From: Ignavibacteria bacterium
Lineage (GTDB): Bacteria > Bacteroidota > Ignavibacteria > Tepidaquicellales > OLB5
Direction of reading: 5' to 3'
Assembly (NCBI GenBank): GCA_027492415.1
Contig: JAPUEV010000027.1
Location: forward strand, 1 to 30,537
Length of the DNA: 30,537 nucleotides
Shown here: positions 1 to 9,035 of the stretch, piece by piece
How the letters are laid out: every line of letters begins with the position of its first letter
How positions within the stretch are numbered: position 1 is the first letter of the stretch
Made by a program: the position numbers and the translations under genes
Notes under the pieces: model-generated
The model's database searches: none
The model's input: only the letters and a program-made list of their open reading frames with translations
What the model was told of the DNA's origin: nothing

Positions 1-2
1 TG

Positions 3-836
3 TTTACATACCTGCTTAAGCGCGGTAACGCCGTATCAAGAATGCAGAACATTCCCTACATAGCAATGCTGCAGGCGCACCAGTGGATGAGCGATTTTGA
101 AGTTGACAGGGAGCCTACCAATGAAGAGCTTGACCTTATGACCAATATGGCTGTTGCTTACGGTGCAAAAGGCATTATGTACTGGTGGCTTCCTTCATCA
201 AACGAAGCCGAAAATACCGATAAAAATTACAGCTTCGGGTTAACAGGCAATAATGATAAGATCAGGAAATTAAATGTATACGGCCAGGATAAGTGGAGCA
301 GGGTGCTGGATATATCTAAAAGAATAAATACATGGGGACCCCTTTTAATGCAGTTTGATAACAGGGAAACATATTCATATATATACCGGTATGAAAATGA
401 AAGGAATATGCTGTTGGGCGGCTCTTACTTTGCAAACATAATCACCTTCAGCATGGCAGCTCAGCCATCCGGGTGCATTGGCGGCATTCCCAAATTACCT
501 GCGCCTGCCGGGCTGAATTATGAATGTGAGCAGCAGAGATTTATACAGGTATCCACTTTTAAGAAAGAAGGCGGCGGGGATGAATATTATTTTATGATAC
601 TCAATAAAAGATGCTCACCAAAAAGAGAGGATCACAATGACGGTGAAAGATTTATCAGGGCAGAGCTGCGTTCTGACTCACCCTTTTTTAAGAATTCGGG
701 AAAATGGAAAGTTGTTGAGATACTGAGCGGTGATACAATGGGAGAATTCAGCAATAATGAGGGCGTTGTTTCAGTTAACCTGAACTATTTTGCCCCCGGC
801 GAAGGCAGGATATATAAAATAATTCCCACAAAATAA
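3..836 (+). CDS. 5'-truncated hypothetical protein, possibly glycoside-hydrolase-like (TIM-barrel end plus C-terminal beta-sandwich)
   Basis: The frame is open from base 3 (FTYLLKRGNAVSR precedes the ATG at 42), so the true start is probably outside the window. REPTNEEL..MTNMAVAYGAKGIMYW resembles the RxP..E.R....A.A.GAKGI.Y segment of beta-galactosidase-like proteins. Confidence 0.6.
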   Translation, partial: FTYLLKRGNAVSRMQNIPYIAMLQAHQWMSDFEVDREPTNEELDLMTNMAVAYGAKGIMYWWLPSSNEAENTDKNYSFGLTGNNDKIRKLNVYGQDKWSRVLDISKRINTWGPLLMQFDNRETYSYIYRYENERNMLLGGSYFANIITFSMAAQPSGCIGGIPKLPAPAGLNYECEQQRFIQVSTFKKEGGGDEYYFMILNKRCSPKREDHNDGERFIRAELRSDSPFFKNSGKWKVVEILSGDTMGEFSNNEGVVSVNLNYFAPGEGRIYKIIPTK

Positions 837-913
837 AACCATCAAATTTACACTTAAAATCAGCCCTTAAATACAATTATTAGCTTTGCTTATTTAATGC
901 GCACATCACGGTA

Positions 914-941
914 AAACGGTATTAATCTTCGTTTTATCTTA
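914..941 (+). promoter_or_regulatory. candidate ECF-sigma-type promoter AAAC-N18-ATCTTA upstream of wecB
   Basis: AAAC at 914-917, 18-nt spacer, ATCTTA at 936-941, 39 nt before ATG 981. The same spacing recurs at 26706 and 29775. Confidence 0.4.
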
Positions 942-980
942 ATTTACGGTTAGTTATCTTTGTTATCTGAAAATAAACAT

Positions 981-2162
981 ATGGCTTTGGAAAATATAAA
1001 TATCGGCATTAACCCGGAAGATCTGAAAGGGAAAAAGGTAATTGTACTCATTTTTGGTACTAGACCCGAAGTATTGAAGCTTTTTGTATTATACCGGATA
1101 CTCAAAAAATCTGATGAATTCTACCCGCTGCTTTATAACACAGCCCAGCAGAAGATATCAGGTGATATACTCGAAAATATCGGTATCCATCCTGATATTA
1201 CCGCAACAGAAAAACAAAACCGCTCAAGTGATTTAAATGAGCTTATTGCGCATTTGCTCAACGATTTCAACGAGAAGTTCGGCGAGAAGTCACCGGTAAC
1301 CAAAAGCATGCTGCATGGAATAATTGTGCAGGGTGATACAGCATCTGCATTTGCGGGAGCGCTTTGGGGCTTCCTGAACCAGATACCGGTTTTCCACGCT
1401 GAAGCAGGCTTAAGGACCTATGACAAGATGAACCCATTCCCCGAGGAATTTATGCGCGAAGCGGTTGCAAGAATGACAACACTTCATTTTGCGCCAAAAG
1501 GCATTAACCGCGATAACCTGATAAGGGAAGGCATTAAAGCTGAAAATATTTTTGTAATTGGCAATACTATTAATGACGCAATATTCACACTCATAAAAGA
1601 AAAGAAAATTAAGGAGCCGCACCAGAAGAATTATATATTAAGCACATTCCACCGCAGAGAAAACTGGGGCTTTGTTGCCGATTACGCAAGAGTGCTGAAC
1701 TCCGTAATGGATGATGTTGAGGGCTACACTGAGATATTGCATCTTATGCATCCCAACCCGCTGATACAGAGAGCTTTTGACGAAGTTATGAACGGTCACG
1801 CGCACAAAAAGCTTATCATAATGAAGCCTATACATGATTACTTTGAAATGCTTGGCTATGTTAAAAATGCAGGATGTATTTTGACTGATTCAGGCGGACT
1901 GCAGGAAGAGTCGCTCTTCTTTAATGTACCGTGCGGAGTACTCAGAAAGACCACTGAACGCCCCGAAGTACTTAAGAAGAACGCGAAGCTGCTCCCGATA
2001 GATAAGCCTGAAATTACCAGCTTTTTAACCGAAGCTATAGATTACAGGAAGGTACATCAATCCAAGTATAACTATACTTACGGCTTTGGTGACTCCAGCT
2101 ATCTTATATACGAGCTGCTTAAGAAATTCTACGGTATACAAACAGAATTTTCTTACATATAA
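981..2162 (+). CDS. wecB: UDP-N-acetylglucosamine 2-epimerase (non-hydrolysing)
   Basis: Motifs FGTRPE, VQGDTASA, HAEAGLRT, PFPEE, HRREN, TDSGGLQEE, ERPE. ATG 981 is preferred over the TTG at 960 in the ORF track. Confidence 0.93.
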   Translation: MALENINIGINPEDLKGKKVIVLIFGTRPEVLKLFVLYRILKKSDEFYPLLYNTAQQKISGDILENIGIHPDITATEKQNRSSDLNELIAHLLNDFNEKFGEKSPVTKSMLHGIIVQGDTASAFAGALWGFLNQIPVFHAEAGLRTYDKMNPFPEEFMREAVARMTTLHFAPKGINRDNLIREGIKAENIFVIGNTINDAIFTLIKEKKIKEPHQKNYILSTFHRRENWGFVADYARVLNSVMDDVEGYTEILHLMHPNPLIQRAFDEVMNGHAHKKLIIMKPIHDYFEMLGYVKNAGCILTDSGGLQEESLFFNVPCGVLRKTTERPEVLKKNAKLLPIDKPEITSFLTEAIDYRKVHQSKYNYTYGFGDSSYLIYELLKKFYGIQTEFSYI

Positions 2163-2187
2163 AATTTACTGATTTTTATTATTAAAG

Positions 2188-2215
2188 AGCCGGAACATTG
2201 TTTCCGGCTTTTTTT
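2188..2215 (+). terminator. intrinsic terminator after wecB
   Basis: Stem AGCCGGAA / TTCCGGCT, 6-nt loop, T run to 2215. Confidence 0.85.
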
Positions 2216-2344
2216 ATTGTAAAATACATTTAATTGCCGGGAATTCCATTTTAACAATTACCGCTATATTTATCTGCTTGATTTAAGATAAAAAATTTAT
2301 CATTTTAAGGGAGTATTAAACCATACACTTAACGTTTTAATAAG

Positions 2345-2989
2345 ATGATAAAACATGTTATTAAAATAATACTGGTATTTTACTCTGTTCAATATTTTTC
2401 ATTCAGCCAGGATATCAGAAGTACTGCTCCCGGGAATGAGAGCGGTGATAATGTGTTAAATCAAAAATACCTCTTACAGCAGGATCTTAAAAAAGAAAAG
2501 GATGCATCAAAGGATAACAGTAAGGAGAAGGTGCGTAGTATAGAATTCTACCGCTACTCTTTCGATCTTTTGCAGAAAAGCAAAACCATGAAGGAAGAAA
2601 GCAGGTTCAATATTGTATCATCCTTCAGGCAGAACATAAGGTTCGGCGGATTCTGGGACAGGTACGCCATTGTGAACTTTACGCCCGATATGTTCATCCA
2701 GCCGCTGGATTTTATCAGTATATATGCAGTTCATAATTCAAGCTATTTCATTCCAATAAAAGCAGTAAAGGAGCATTTTAAGCTGATGGCTCTTCAGGGA
2801 GCCGCAATTATGATAATCGATAATTCCGTTAAGCATCTTTTGCCCGCCGGTAAAATGATAAAATCCATTCTTGGCTTTGTACTAAAAAACGCTGTAATTA
2901 ATACTCTGCTTAAAAATATACTTAATAACGGTAATGACAGGGTTTTTGAGCAGGGCAGCTATTACTGCGCTGTAAGTATCAGGTTTTAA
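2345..2989 (+). CDS. hypothetical exported protein, possibly outer-membrane associated
   Basis: 214-aa ORF with a basic/hydrophobic N-terminus resembling a signal peptide. It ends YYCAVSIRF with a terminal Phe and is followed by a terminator. Confidence 0.7.
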   Translation: MIKHVIKIILVFYSVQYFSFSQDIRSTAPGNESGDNVLNQKYLLQQDLKKEKDASKDNSKEKVRSIEFYRYSFDLLQKSKTMKEESRFNIVSSFRQNIRFGGFWDRYAIVNFTPDMFIQPLDFISIYAVHNSSYFIPIKAVKEHFKLMALQGAAIMIIDNSVKHLLPAGKMIKSILGFVLKNAVINTLLKNILNNGNDRVFEQGSYYCAVSIRF

Positions 2990-2995
2990 AAACAG

Positions 2996-3020
2996 CAAAG
3001 GCGGGTAATACCCGCCTTTG
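2996..3020. terminator. probable bidirectional terminator between convergent genes
   Basis: Perfect 11-bp stem CAAAGGCGGGT / ACCCGCCTTTG with a 3-nt loop AAT. Confidence 0.85.
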
Positions 3021-3046
3021 TTATGAATATTATATTTTGGTAAAAA

Positions 3047-4039
3047 TTATTTTACCAGTATCATTCTTTTTGTTGAGGTGAATTCACCTGTAACAAGCTT
3101 GTAGAAATAAACACCGCTTGAAAGCTTTGAAGCATTGAAGCTTGCTGTGTAATTTCCTGCAGCCAGCTCACCGTTTGTAATAACTGATACTTCGTTACCT
3201 ATCATATCATAAACAGCCAGCTTAACGTTGCCTGATTTAGGAATGCTGAAATTGATCTTTGTTGACGGGTTGAACGGGTTTGGATAGTTCTGAGCGAGCT
3301 CGTATGAAGAAGGAACTCCGGTACCGTTATTGATAACGCCAACTGTTGAGCCTACTAAGCTGATAAGATCAAGACCAACTACGTCGCCATCATTTAAGTT
3401 ATCTGTTACATGCTCTCTGAAGCCAACATAGATGTTTGAGCCTGCTGTTAAGCCTGAAACACTGCCTAAAGCGTATGCTTTACGTGTCCATGCTGTATCG
3501 TTGATAGCAGGGAAAACAATTGTTGCAACTGTATATGTGAATGATGCAACTGATGAATTTGTTGTTGTTGAAATTTTTATATCAAGATTATCAACATACT
3601 GAAGTCCGGGCCATTTTTTTACCCAGAATACCAATGTATCGTTTAAGCTGATATTCATTATCTGCGGTGTTATAAGCCACATATCATTTGATGTTGCTCC
3701 GCCGTTAAAATAAGTAGCGTATGTGCAGGCTGTTCCGCCGCCCGGAGGTGTTGAACCAACAACTGCTGTTCCCCAGCCCGGAACGTTTGTTCCGTTTGTG
3801 ATCCTATCCCAGCCTGTGCCGCCAACAGGATTTAACCTTGTCCAGCTTGCAGGAGGAAATGTTGGGCTTTCAAATGATTCAGGTCCGAATGTTGCCAAAA
3901 ATGGTACCGGCGGCTCACTTCCGATTACGGAATTAGGTCCGACAGGATTTCTTGGGGTATTCAGCTTGTTATAATCCTGTGAATAAAGAAATACAGGAAC
4001 TATTACTGCAACTAAAAACAGAGTGATAAATTTTTTCAT
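3047..4039 (-). CDS. T9SS cargo protein with cleaved-adhesin / choice-of-anchor-J-like domain
   Basis: Signal peptide; ESFE..FPPASWT...W...NDMWLITPQI....DTLVFW pattern; C-terminal YELAQNYPNPFNPSTKI...KRMILVK. Confidence 0.75.
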   Translation of the reverse strand: MKKFITLFLVAVIVPVFLYSQDYNKLNTPRNPVGPNSVIGSEPPVPFLATFGPESFESPTFPPASWTRLNPVGGTGWDRITNGTNVPGWGTAVVGSTPPGGGTACTYATYFNGGATSNDMWLITPQIMNISLNDTLVFWVKKWPGLQYVDNLDIKISTTTNSSVASFTYTVATIVFPAINDTAWTRKAYALGSVSGLTAGSNIYVGFREHVTDNLNDGDVVGLDLISLVGSTVGVINNGTGVPSSYELAQNYPNPFNPSTKINFSIPKSGNVKLAVYDMIGNEVSVITNGELAAGNYTASFNASKLSSGVYFYKLVTGEFTSTKRMILVK

Positions 4040-4098
4040 ATTTTAAAATTAGTTTGTAAAAAGTTAAAAATTAGTTAGTTTTTCCAATCCAGAAAACA

Positions 4099-4127
4099 AT
4101 TATACTTTAATCATATATTATTTACAA
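4099..4127 (-). promoter_or_regulatory. near-canonical sigma70-type promoter TTGTAA-N17-TATAAT for the 3047..4039 gene
   Basis: On the minus strand: TTGTAA (4127-4122), 17-nt spacer, TATAAT (4104-4099), about 60 nt upstream of ATG 4039. Confidence 0.6.
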
Positions 4128-4250
4128 TGTAGAAAATACCGTAAAAAAGATGTGTTTTTTAGCGTTATGTTAGTAAGAATAGCTAATATAAAAAGGTGAT
4201 ATAAATTGGAATGTAAATAAATGTTTAATAGCCGTTTATTAAGACACTGC

Positions 4251-5876
4251 CTACTTAATCAGTATCATTTTTATCGTTTGGGTAAAATTACCTGCTCTCA
4301 TTTTGCAAAAATATATACCTGTTGAATTATCTTCACTTTTAAATTCAGCTTCATAGGTACCAGGCAATAAATCCTGCTTTACAATAGTGCTTATCATTTT
4401 ACCGGTCATATCAAAAACGGTTAGTTCGGTAAATACATTTTTACCTGAAGCAGGAACAGTAAACCTAATTTTTGTAGCCGGGTTAAATGGATTTGGATAA
4501 TTTTGTGATAAAGTGAACTCCCCCGGGATTTGTGAAGAAATCTGCTGAATTCCTATAAGGCTTAAAAAGCCGCTTACTGTATATGTACTGTGCTGTATAC
4601 CGGCCAGGCTTGCCAATGCTGCAACAGTAGCCTTAACATTGCCGGTTAAGAACTGAAAATTAATGGTTGATAAATTATCATTGGCAGTGTGGTAATAGGG
4701 ATTCCTGAAATTTGCCCCGTCAGTAAGCATTAAAGCTTTGTAACCTGCATCCCAGAAAGGCGCGTGGTCACTTCTCCTGAGATCAGGGGTTGATTGCCCG
4801 TTTGCCGGTGTTGAAAGAGATATTACCCTCAGCTGCGGCACATAAAGCCTGGCGCAGCTATCGTAAGCATACCTTAACGAAGAAGAGTTTACATTTGCAA
4901 TATTATTTAAAAAGTTACCCCTGCCCTGCTGGGAATTTATGCTGTCACAAACGGCAGGGAACAAAGTGCAGAATCCTGAAGGTATTTGCTGGCAATTGGG
5001 CTGATCACAGTAATATCCTATCATTTCAAAATCAATTACCCCGGCAATTTTTTCATACGGGGGTATTCCCTGGGAAACATACCTCGAGCTTCCTACAAGT
5101 CCGGCTTCTTCAAGATCAAACCCGATGAATTTAATTGTATTGCGGAAGTTATACCCTGAAAGTATCCTTGAAATTTCAAGCAAAGCAGCAACAGCAGTTC
5201 CGTTATCATCTGCTCCGGGGCTTATACTTACTGATTCATAATGCCCGCATACAATATATGTAGTATCTTCCTTGGTTGTGCCCGGGTGCCTGCCCATGAA
5301 GTTCTGCGCTGTATAGCCTGAATAGTCAAAGCTTTGTACAGATGTCTGCAGGTTATACCTGTTGAACCGGTTACTTATGGAATCCTTTACCCGCTGAAGC
5401 TGAACAGGACCCGCTGACCTGTGGCGGATACCTGTGATGAACTGCATATTACTTATAATATTGCTGCTATCTACCTGGTTTACTATCTGCTGTATATCAA
5501 CATTCTGCTGGTCATCTGCAATAAGCTTCGCTTTAAAGCCAACGGGAAGCGTACTGTAATACCAGTAAACCTGCCGGGAATTACCCGTTGCAACAGGATA
5601 GCCAATATCGCCGCTTACTGAATCAGCCGGGTATAAAAATGTTTTACCGCTATCGTTTGAAATTTTTAATGTTACTCTGCAGGGATTGTTCTCAGCATCA
5701 CTTAAATTATATGTTATCCTTAAGGCATTAATTGAAGTAAGTATTTCTGTATTGGTAATATTTATTACAGGCAGGGCATTAACACCTTCGGTATTAAGTG
5801 ACCCCGCATCTCTTTTGGGAAGCAGCAGGAAGCCAAGAAGAAATATAACAGAAAATAAAATAAAATATTTTTTCAT
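4251..5876 (-). CDS. M28 family metallopeptidase with N-terminal accessory domain and T9SS CTD
   Basis: GHYES..PGADDNG, DLEEAGLVGS, EMIGY, RSDHAPF, YYHT..D; signal peptide; QNYPNPFNP CTD. Confidence 0.9.
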   Translation of the reverse strand: MKKYFILFSVIFLLGFLLLPKRDAGSLNTEGVNALPVINITNTEILTSINALRITYNLSDAENNPCRVTLKISNDSGKTFLYPADSVSGDIGYPVATGNSRQVYWYYSTLPVGFKAKLIADDQQNVDIQQIVNQVDSSNIISNMQFITGIRHRSAGPVQLQRVKDSISNRFNRYNLQTSVQSFDYSGYTAQNFMGRHPGTTKEDTTYIVCGHYESVSISPGADDNGTAVAALLEISRILSGYNFRNTIKFIGFDLEEAGLVGSSRYVSQGIPPYEKIAGVIDFEMIGYYCDQPNCQQIPSGFCTLFPAVCDSINSQQGRGNFLNNIANVNSSSLRYAYDSCARLYVPQLRVISLSTPANGQSTPDLRRSDHAPFWDAGYKALMLTDGANFRNPYYHTANDNLSTINFQFLTGNVKATVAALASLAGIQHSTYTVSGFLSLIGIQQISSQIPGEFTLSQNYPNPFNPATKIRFTVPASGKNVFTELTVFDMTGKMISTIVKQDLLPGTYEAEFKSEDNSTGIYFCKMRAGNFTQTIKMILIK

Positions 5877-5947
5877 ACAGAAATATTATTAATTAGCCTG
5901 AAAAAAATATAATCAGCAGCAGGGCTGCCTTATCCGGATTAAGCCTG

Positions 5948-7885
5948 TTATTTTACCAGGATCATTTTTTTTGTTTCCGAGTAGTTACCGGTAACCATTC
6001 TGTAAAAATACACACCTGATGAATAATTTTCACCGTTAAAATCAGATTCGTAAGTACCCGGGGCAAAGTTCTCATCAACCAGTGTGGTTATCTGCTTACC
6101 CGTGATATCGTAAACGATTATTTTAACAAAATTATTTTTACCTGTTGCGGGAACTGTGAACCTGATCTTTGTTTTTGGATTGAACGGGTTCGGATAGTTC
6201 TGTGTTAAGCTGAATTTTTCAGGTATCTCAGCGGATATCTGCTTGATCCCTATCACGAAATTGATAAGGGGAAGCTCTATATATGACCTGGAATTATTAT
6301 TGATATAAACCTTGTTGGCGCCTGCTTTCAGTGAAGGCAGCATGAACGGGTTGGTTCTTAAGAAAACATCGGTGGTATCACCGTTAAAATCATACAGCGG
6401 CACATTATCAAGATTGGTAAGCTTAATTCTTATTTTATCTCCTGTCCTGAAAACATGTGAATATGCCTGGCCGTTAACATATTTCTGTTTAACCTGGTTT
6501 GCATTGTAATCCCTGTCAGTCCAGTTTATCCTTGTAACAAGCTTTTCATTGCCGTTGGGTCTTACATCCCATATCTGAATATTATACTGGCAGATGGAAT
6601 TAGCTGATGAGGAATAATACAGGTAAGCATAAGGTGTACCTGCCATAATTGCATCCTGTAATAAAGCCGGAGTATCAAATGTCAGCTCATTCTTGCGGAA
6701 CTTGGCATCAAATAACGTACCGCGGAACTCTGTATTTACCAGATACTCCATAGTTACATTGGTATCAAGTATTTCATTATTGTATGTAACCTCTGTCTGC
6801 GAGCCTCCGTATCCATAGACCTGGAGCTGGTTACCGGGATGGAAATAAAGCTTTACTGTCTGCACTCCCGCAGGGGGCCAGGTAGGTGAGTAATACCTGT
6901 TCCATGTCCACTGGCTTTCACTTGCAGGAAACCTGCTTGCAGCGTAGGTGAATTTCTGGTTAACATCCATTACATTATTCTGAATGCCTTCTATGTGATA
7001 GTCCAGCCAGTCTTTTATTACCTGGTCTTTGTAATCTTCCTCTTCCTGAACAAGATCACTGCCATGTCCATCCATTGCACCGTAATACATTTTCATATTA
7101 TTGTAGGGCAGTATATATGCGCTTCTTATCATACCAAGTGTATTAAAAAATTTATCCTGCCATGCATTTTCAACAAGAATCGGTAACTGGCAATTATTCA
7201 TTAAGTTCAAAAAGTCACGGTTTTGAGGAAGGTAATAAGAAAGGCTATCCCATTTTTCTTTTGAGTTGGCATAGATCCATGGTTTGAACCTGCTGACGAG
7301 CGGGTTATACCTTACTATATTTGAGGGGTATCCGCATGTCCAGAGGAATGTCATTTTAATACCGCCGTTCTCTATCCAGTTAGAGCCCTGTTCAGGTGAG
7401 GCAACATCAGTTATCAGTGTTTTAACGTTCATGCCTGTGCATACAGCCATTAACGGTATAATACCGCCCTGTGAGCCGCCGGATACCAGAATTTTATTAT
7501 CGTTGGTGTTAACATCACTTTTTATATATTGTACAACCTGCTTAATATCATTTGCCTCAGTCATACTGATAAAATTCGATTCCCCTTCAGATATTCCCTG
7601 TCCCCGCATACTGTATACCATTGAGTAATAACCGTCTGATGCATAATCTTCAGCTTCGGGCATATCAGTATATTTTGTTAAACCATACCCGTGTGCAAGT
7701 AACGCACAGGGCCATCCGCCTGCAGGCGGGGTACCGGTTGGAATGAATTTGGTACAGTCCAGCTTAATTCCGTCAGAAAGGGTGAGCATAAAATCAACCC
7801 TGTTATAACTTCCGGTGCCTCTTTTTTTAGCTTCTGAATTGGAAATTAACAAAAAAACTGATAAAACCAGTATAAAATATCTCAT
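5948..7885 (-). CDS. CocE/NonD family (S15-like) alpha/beta hydrolase with PepX_C-like domain and T9SS CTD
   Basis: MRGQGISEG, nucleophile elbow GGSQGG, QDKFF and DGHG as candidate Asp/His, GTPYAYLY jelly-roll segment, signal peptide, CTD. Confidence 0.85.
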   Translation of the reverse strand: MRYFILVLSVFLLISNSEAKKRGTGSYNRVDFMLTLSDGIKLDCTKFIPTGTPPAGGWPCALLAHGYGLTKYTDMPEAEDYASDGYYSMVYSMRGQGISEGESNFISMTEANDIKQVVQYIKSDVNTNDNKILVSGGSQGGIIPLMAVCTGMNVKTLITDVASPEQGSNWIENGGIKMTFLWTCGYPSNIVRYNPLVSRFKPWIYANSKEKWDSLSYYLPQNRDFLNLMNNCQLPILVENAWQDKFFNTLGMIRSAYILPYNNMKMYYGAMDGHGSDLVQEEEDYKDQVIKDWLDYHIEGIQNNVMDVNQKFTYAASRFPASESQWTWNRYYSPTWPPAGVQTVKLYFHPGNQLQVYGYGGSQTEVTYNNEILDTNVTMEYLVNTEFRGTLFDAKFRKNELTFDTPALLQDAIMAGTPYAYLYYSSSANSICQYNIQIWDVRPNGNEKLVTRINWTDRDYNANQVKQKYVNGQAYSHVFRTGDKIRIKLTNLDNVPLYDFNGDTTDVFLRTNPFMLPSLKAGANKVYINNNSRSYIELPLINFVIGIKQISAEIPEKFSLTQNYPNPFNPKTKIRFTVPATGKNNFVKIIVYDITGKQITTLVDENFAPGTYESDFNGENYSSGVYFYRMVTGNYSETKKMILVK

Positions 7886-8062
7886 TGTTTTGGGGGATAG
7901 TTAACGTATTACCGTTATAAATTTAGCACTTATATTTTAATTCCGCAATAGTAAGAATTAAAATAATTTTATAGTTTATTGAGTATTTTCATCAAAAATG
8001 TAATAACTTTATAAAATTTAAAGAATATTTTGCAATTTCTTTAATTAGATAACGGTTTTAAT

Positions 8063-8070
8063 TATATTTG
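8063..8070 (+). promoter_or_regulatory. TATATTTG (TAnnTTTG / -10-like) element 5 nt before the glycosylasparaginase ATG
   Basis: Matches the Bacteroidota -7 consensus TAnnTTTG. The identical octamer precedes wcaJ and recG. Confidence 0.5.
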
Positions 8071-8075
8071 TAGCT

Positions 8076-9035
8076 ATGGAACAATTAGTAATATCTACAT
8101 GGAAACACGGCATGGCTGCCAATGAAAAAGCCGGTGAAGTGCTTAATTCAGGCGGCACCTCGCTTGATGCTGTTGAGCAGGGTGTAAGGGTAGCAGAAGA
8201 TGACCCGAATGTACTGAGCGTAGGTTATGGCGGCTTGCCCGATGCCGAAGGCAGGGTTACACTTGATGCCGCAATAATGGATTGGAAGGCAAGAATTGGT
8301 GCGGTAATTTGTGTTGAGCATATTAAGAACCCCGTTTCAGTTGCCAGGCTTATACTCGAAAACACAGAGCATGTTTGCCTTGCCGGCGAAGGAGCGTATA
8401 ATTTTGCAATTACAAACGGCTTTCAGCCGGATATACTTCACACAGAAGGCTCGATTAAAAAATATATTGAATGGAAAAAAGGTAACTTTGGCAGGTCACA
8501 GGAATTCCACACAGATGAATATAAGGTTAAAAAATCAAGCGGACTCGGTATAAACGATGACGGCAACCACGATACTATTGGTATGGTTGCAATTGATAAG
8601 AACGGACATATTTCCGCATCCTGTACAACAAGCGGCACTGCATGGAAGCTGCATGGCAGAGTGGGTGATTCGCCCATTATCGGAGCCGGATTATATGTTG
8701 ATGGAGAGGTAGGCGGAGCAGCTTCAACAGGCAGGGGAGAAGAGTGTGTAAGGGCATGCGGAAGCTTCCTTGTTGTTGAAATGATGGCGCAGGGCATGTC
8801 ACCTCAGGAAGCATGTGAATATGCAGTAAAAAGAGTAATTAAGCTTAACCTGCTTTCTCACAAGAACCGGGATCATGATTACCAGGTAGGTTTTATAGCG
8901 GTAAATGTAAAAGGTGAGTATGGCGCTGCAAGTGTTCGTGAAGGTTTTGAATATGCTTTGTTGACCGGCGGAAAAAATACGCTTACTAAGAGTAAATACA
9001 TTATTGATGAAAAATTTGTTATAGAAGACCTTTGA
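8076..9035 (+). CDS. N4-(beta-N-acetylglucosaminyl)-L-asparaginase (glycosylasparaginase, Ntn hydrolase, T2 family)
   Basis: ISTW, LDAVEQGV, SVGYGGLPD..GRVTLDA, autoproteolysis site NHD/TIG, TTSG, GRVGDSPIIGAG, TGRGEE. Confidence 0.92.
   Translation: MEQLVISTWKHGMAANEKAGEVLNSGGTSLDAVEQGVRVAEDDPNVLSVGYGGLPDAEGRVTLDAAIMDWKARIGAVICVEHIKNPVSVARLILENTEHVCLAGEGAYNFAITNGFQPDILHTEGSIKKYIEWKKGNFGRSQEFHTDEYKVKKSSGLGINDDGNHDTIGMVAIDKNGHISASCTTSGTAWKLHGRVGDSPIIGAGLYVDGEVGGAASTGRGEECVRACGSFLVVEMMAQGMSPQEACEYAVKRVIKLNLLSHKNRDHDYQVGFIAVNVKGEYGAASVREGFEYALLTGGKNTLTKSKYIIDEKFVIEDL

Noticed and set aside
960-980. TTG start for wecB at 960
   Set aside because: An ATG follows at 981, and the extension adds no recognisable sequence.
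5916-5928. GCAGC/GCTGC hairpin between the CocE and M28 genes
   Set aside because: The stem is only 5 bp and is separated from the T run, too weak to call a terminator.
7886-8060. AT-only dyads such as TAAAATAATTTTA in divergent promoter regions (also 13000-13150)
   Set aside because: Such dyads are expected by chance at this very high local AT content.
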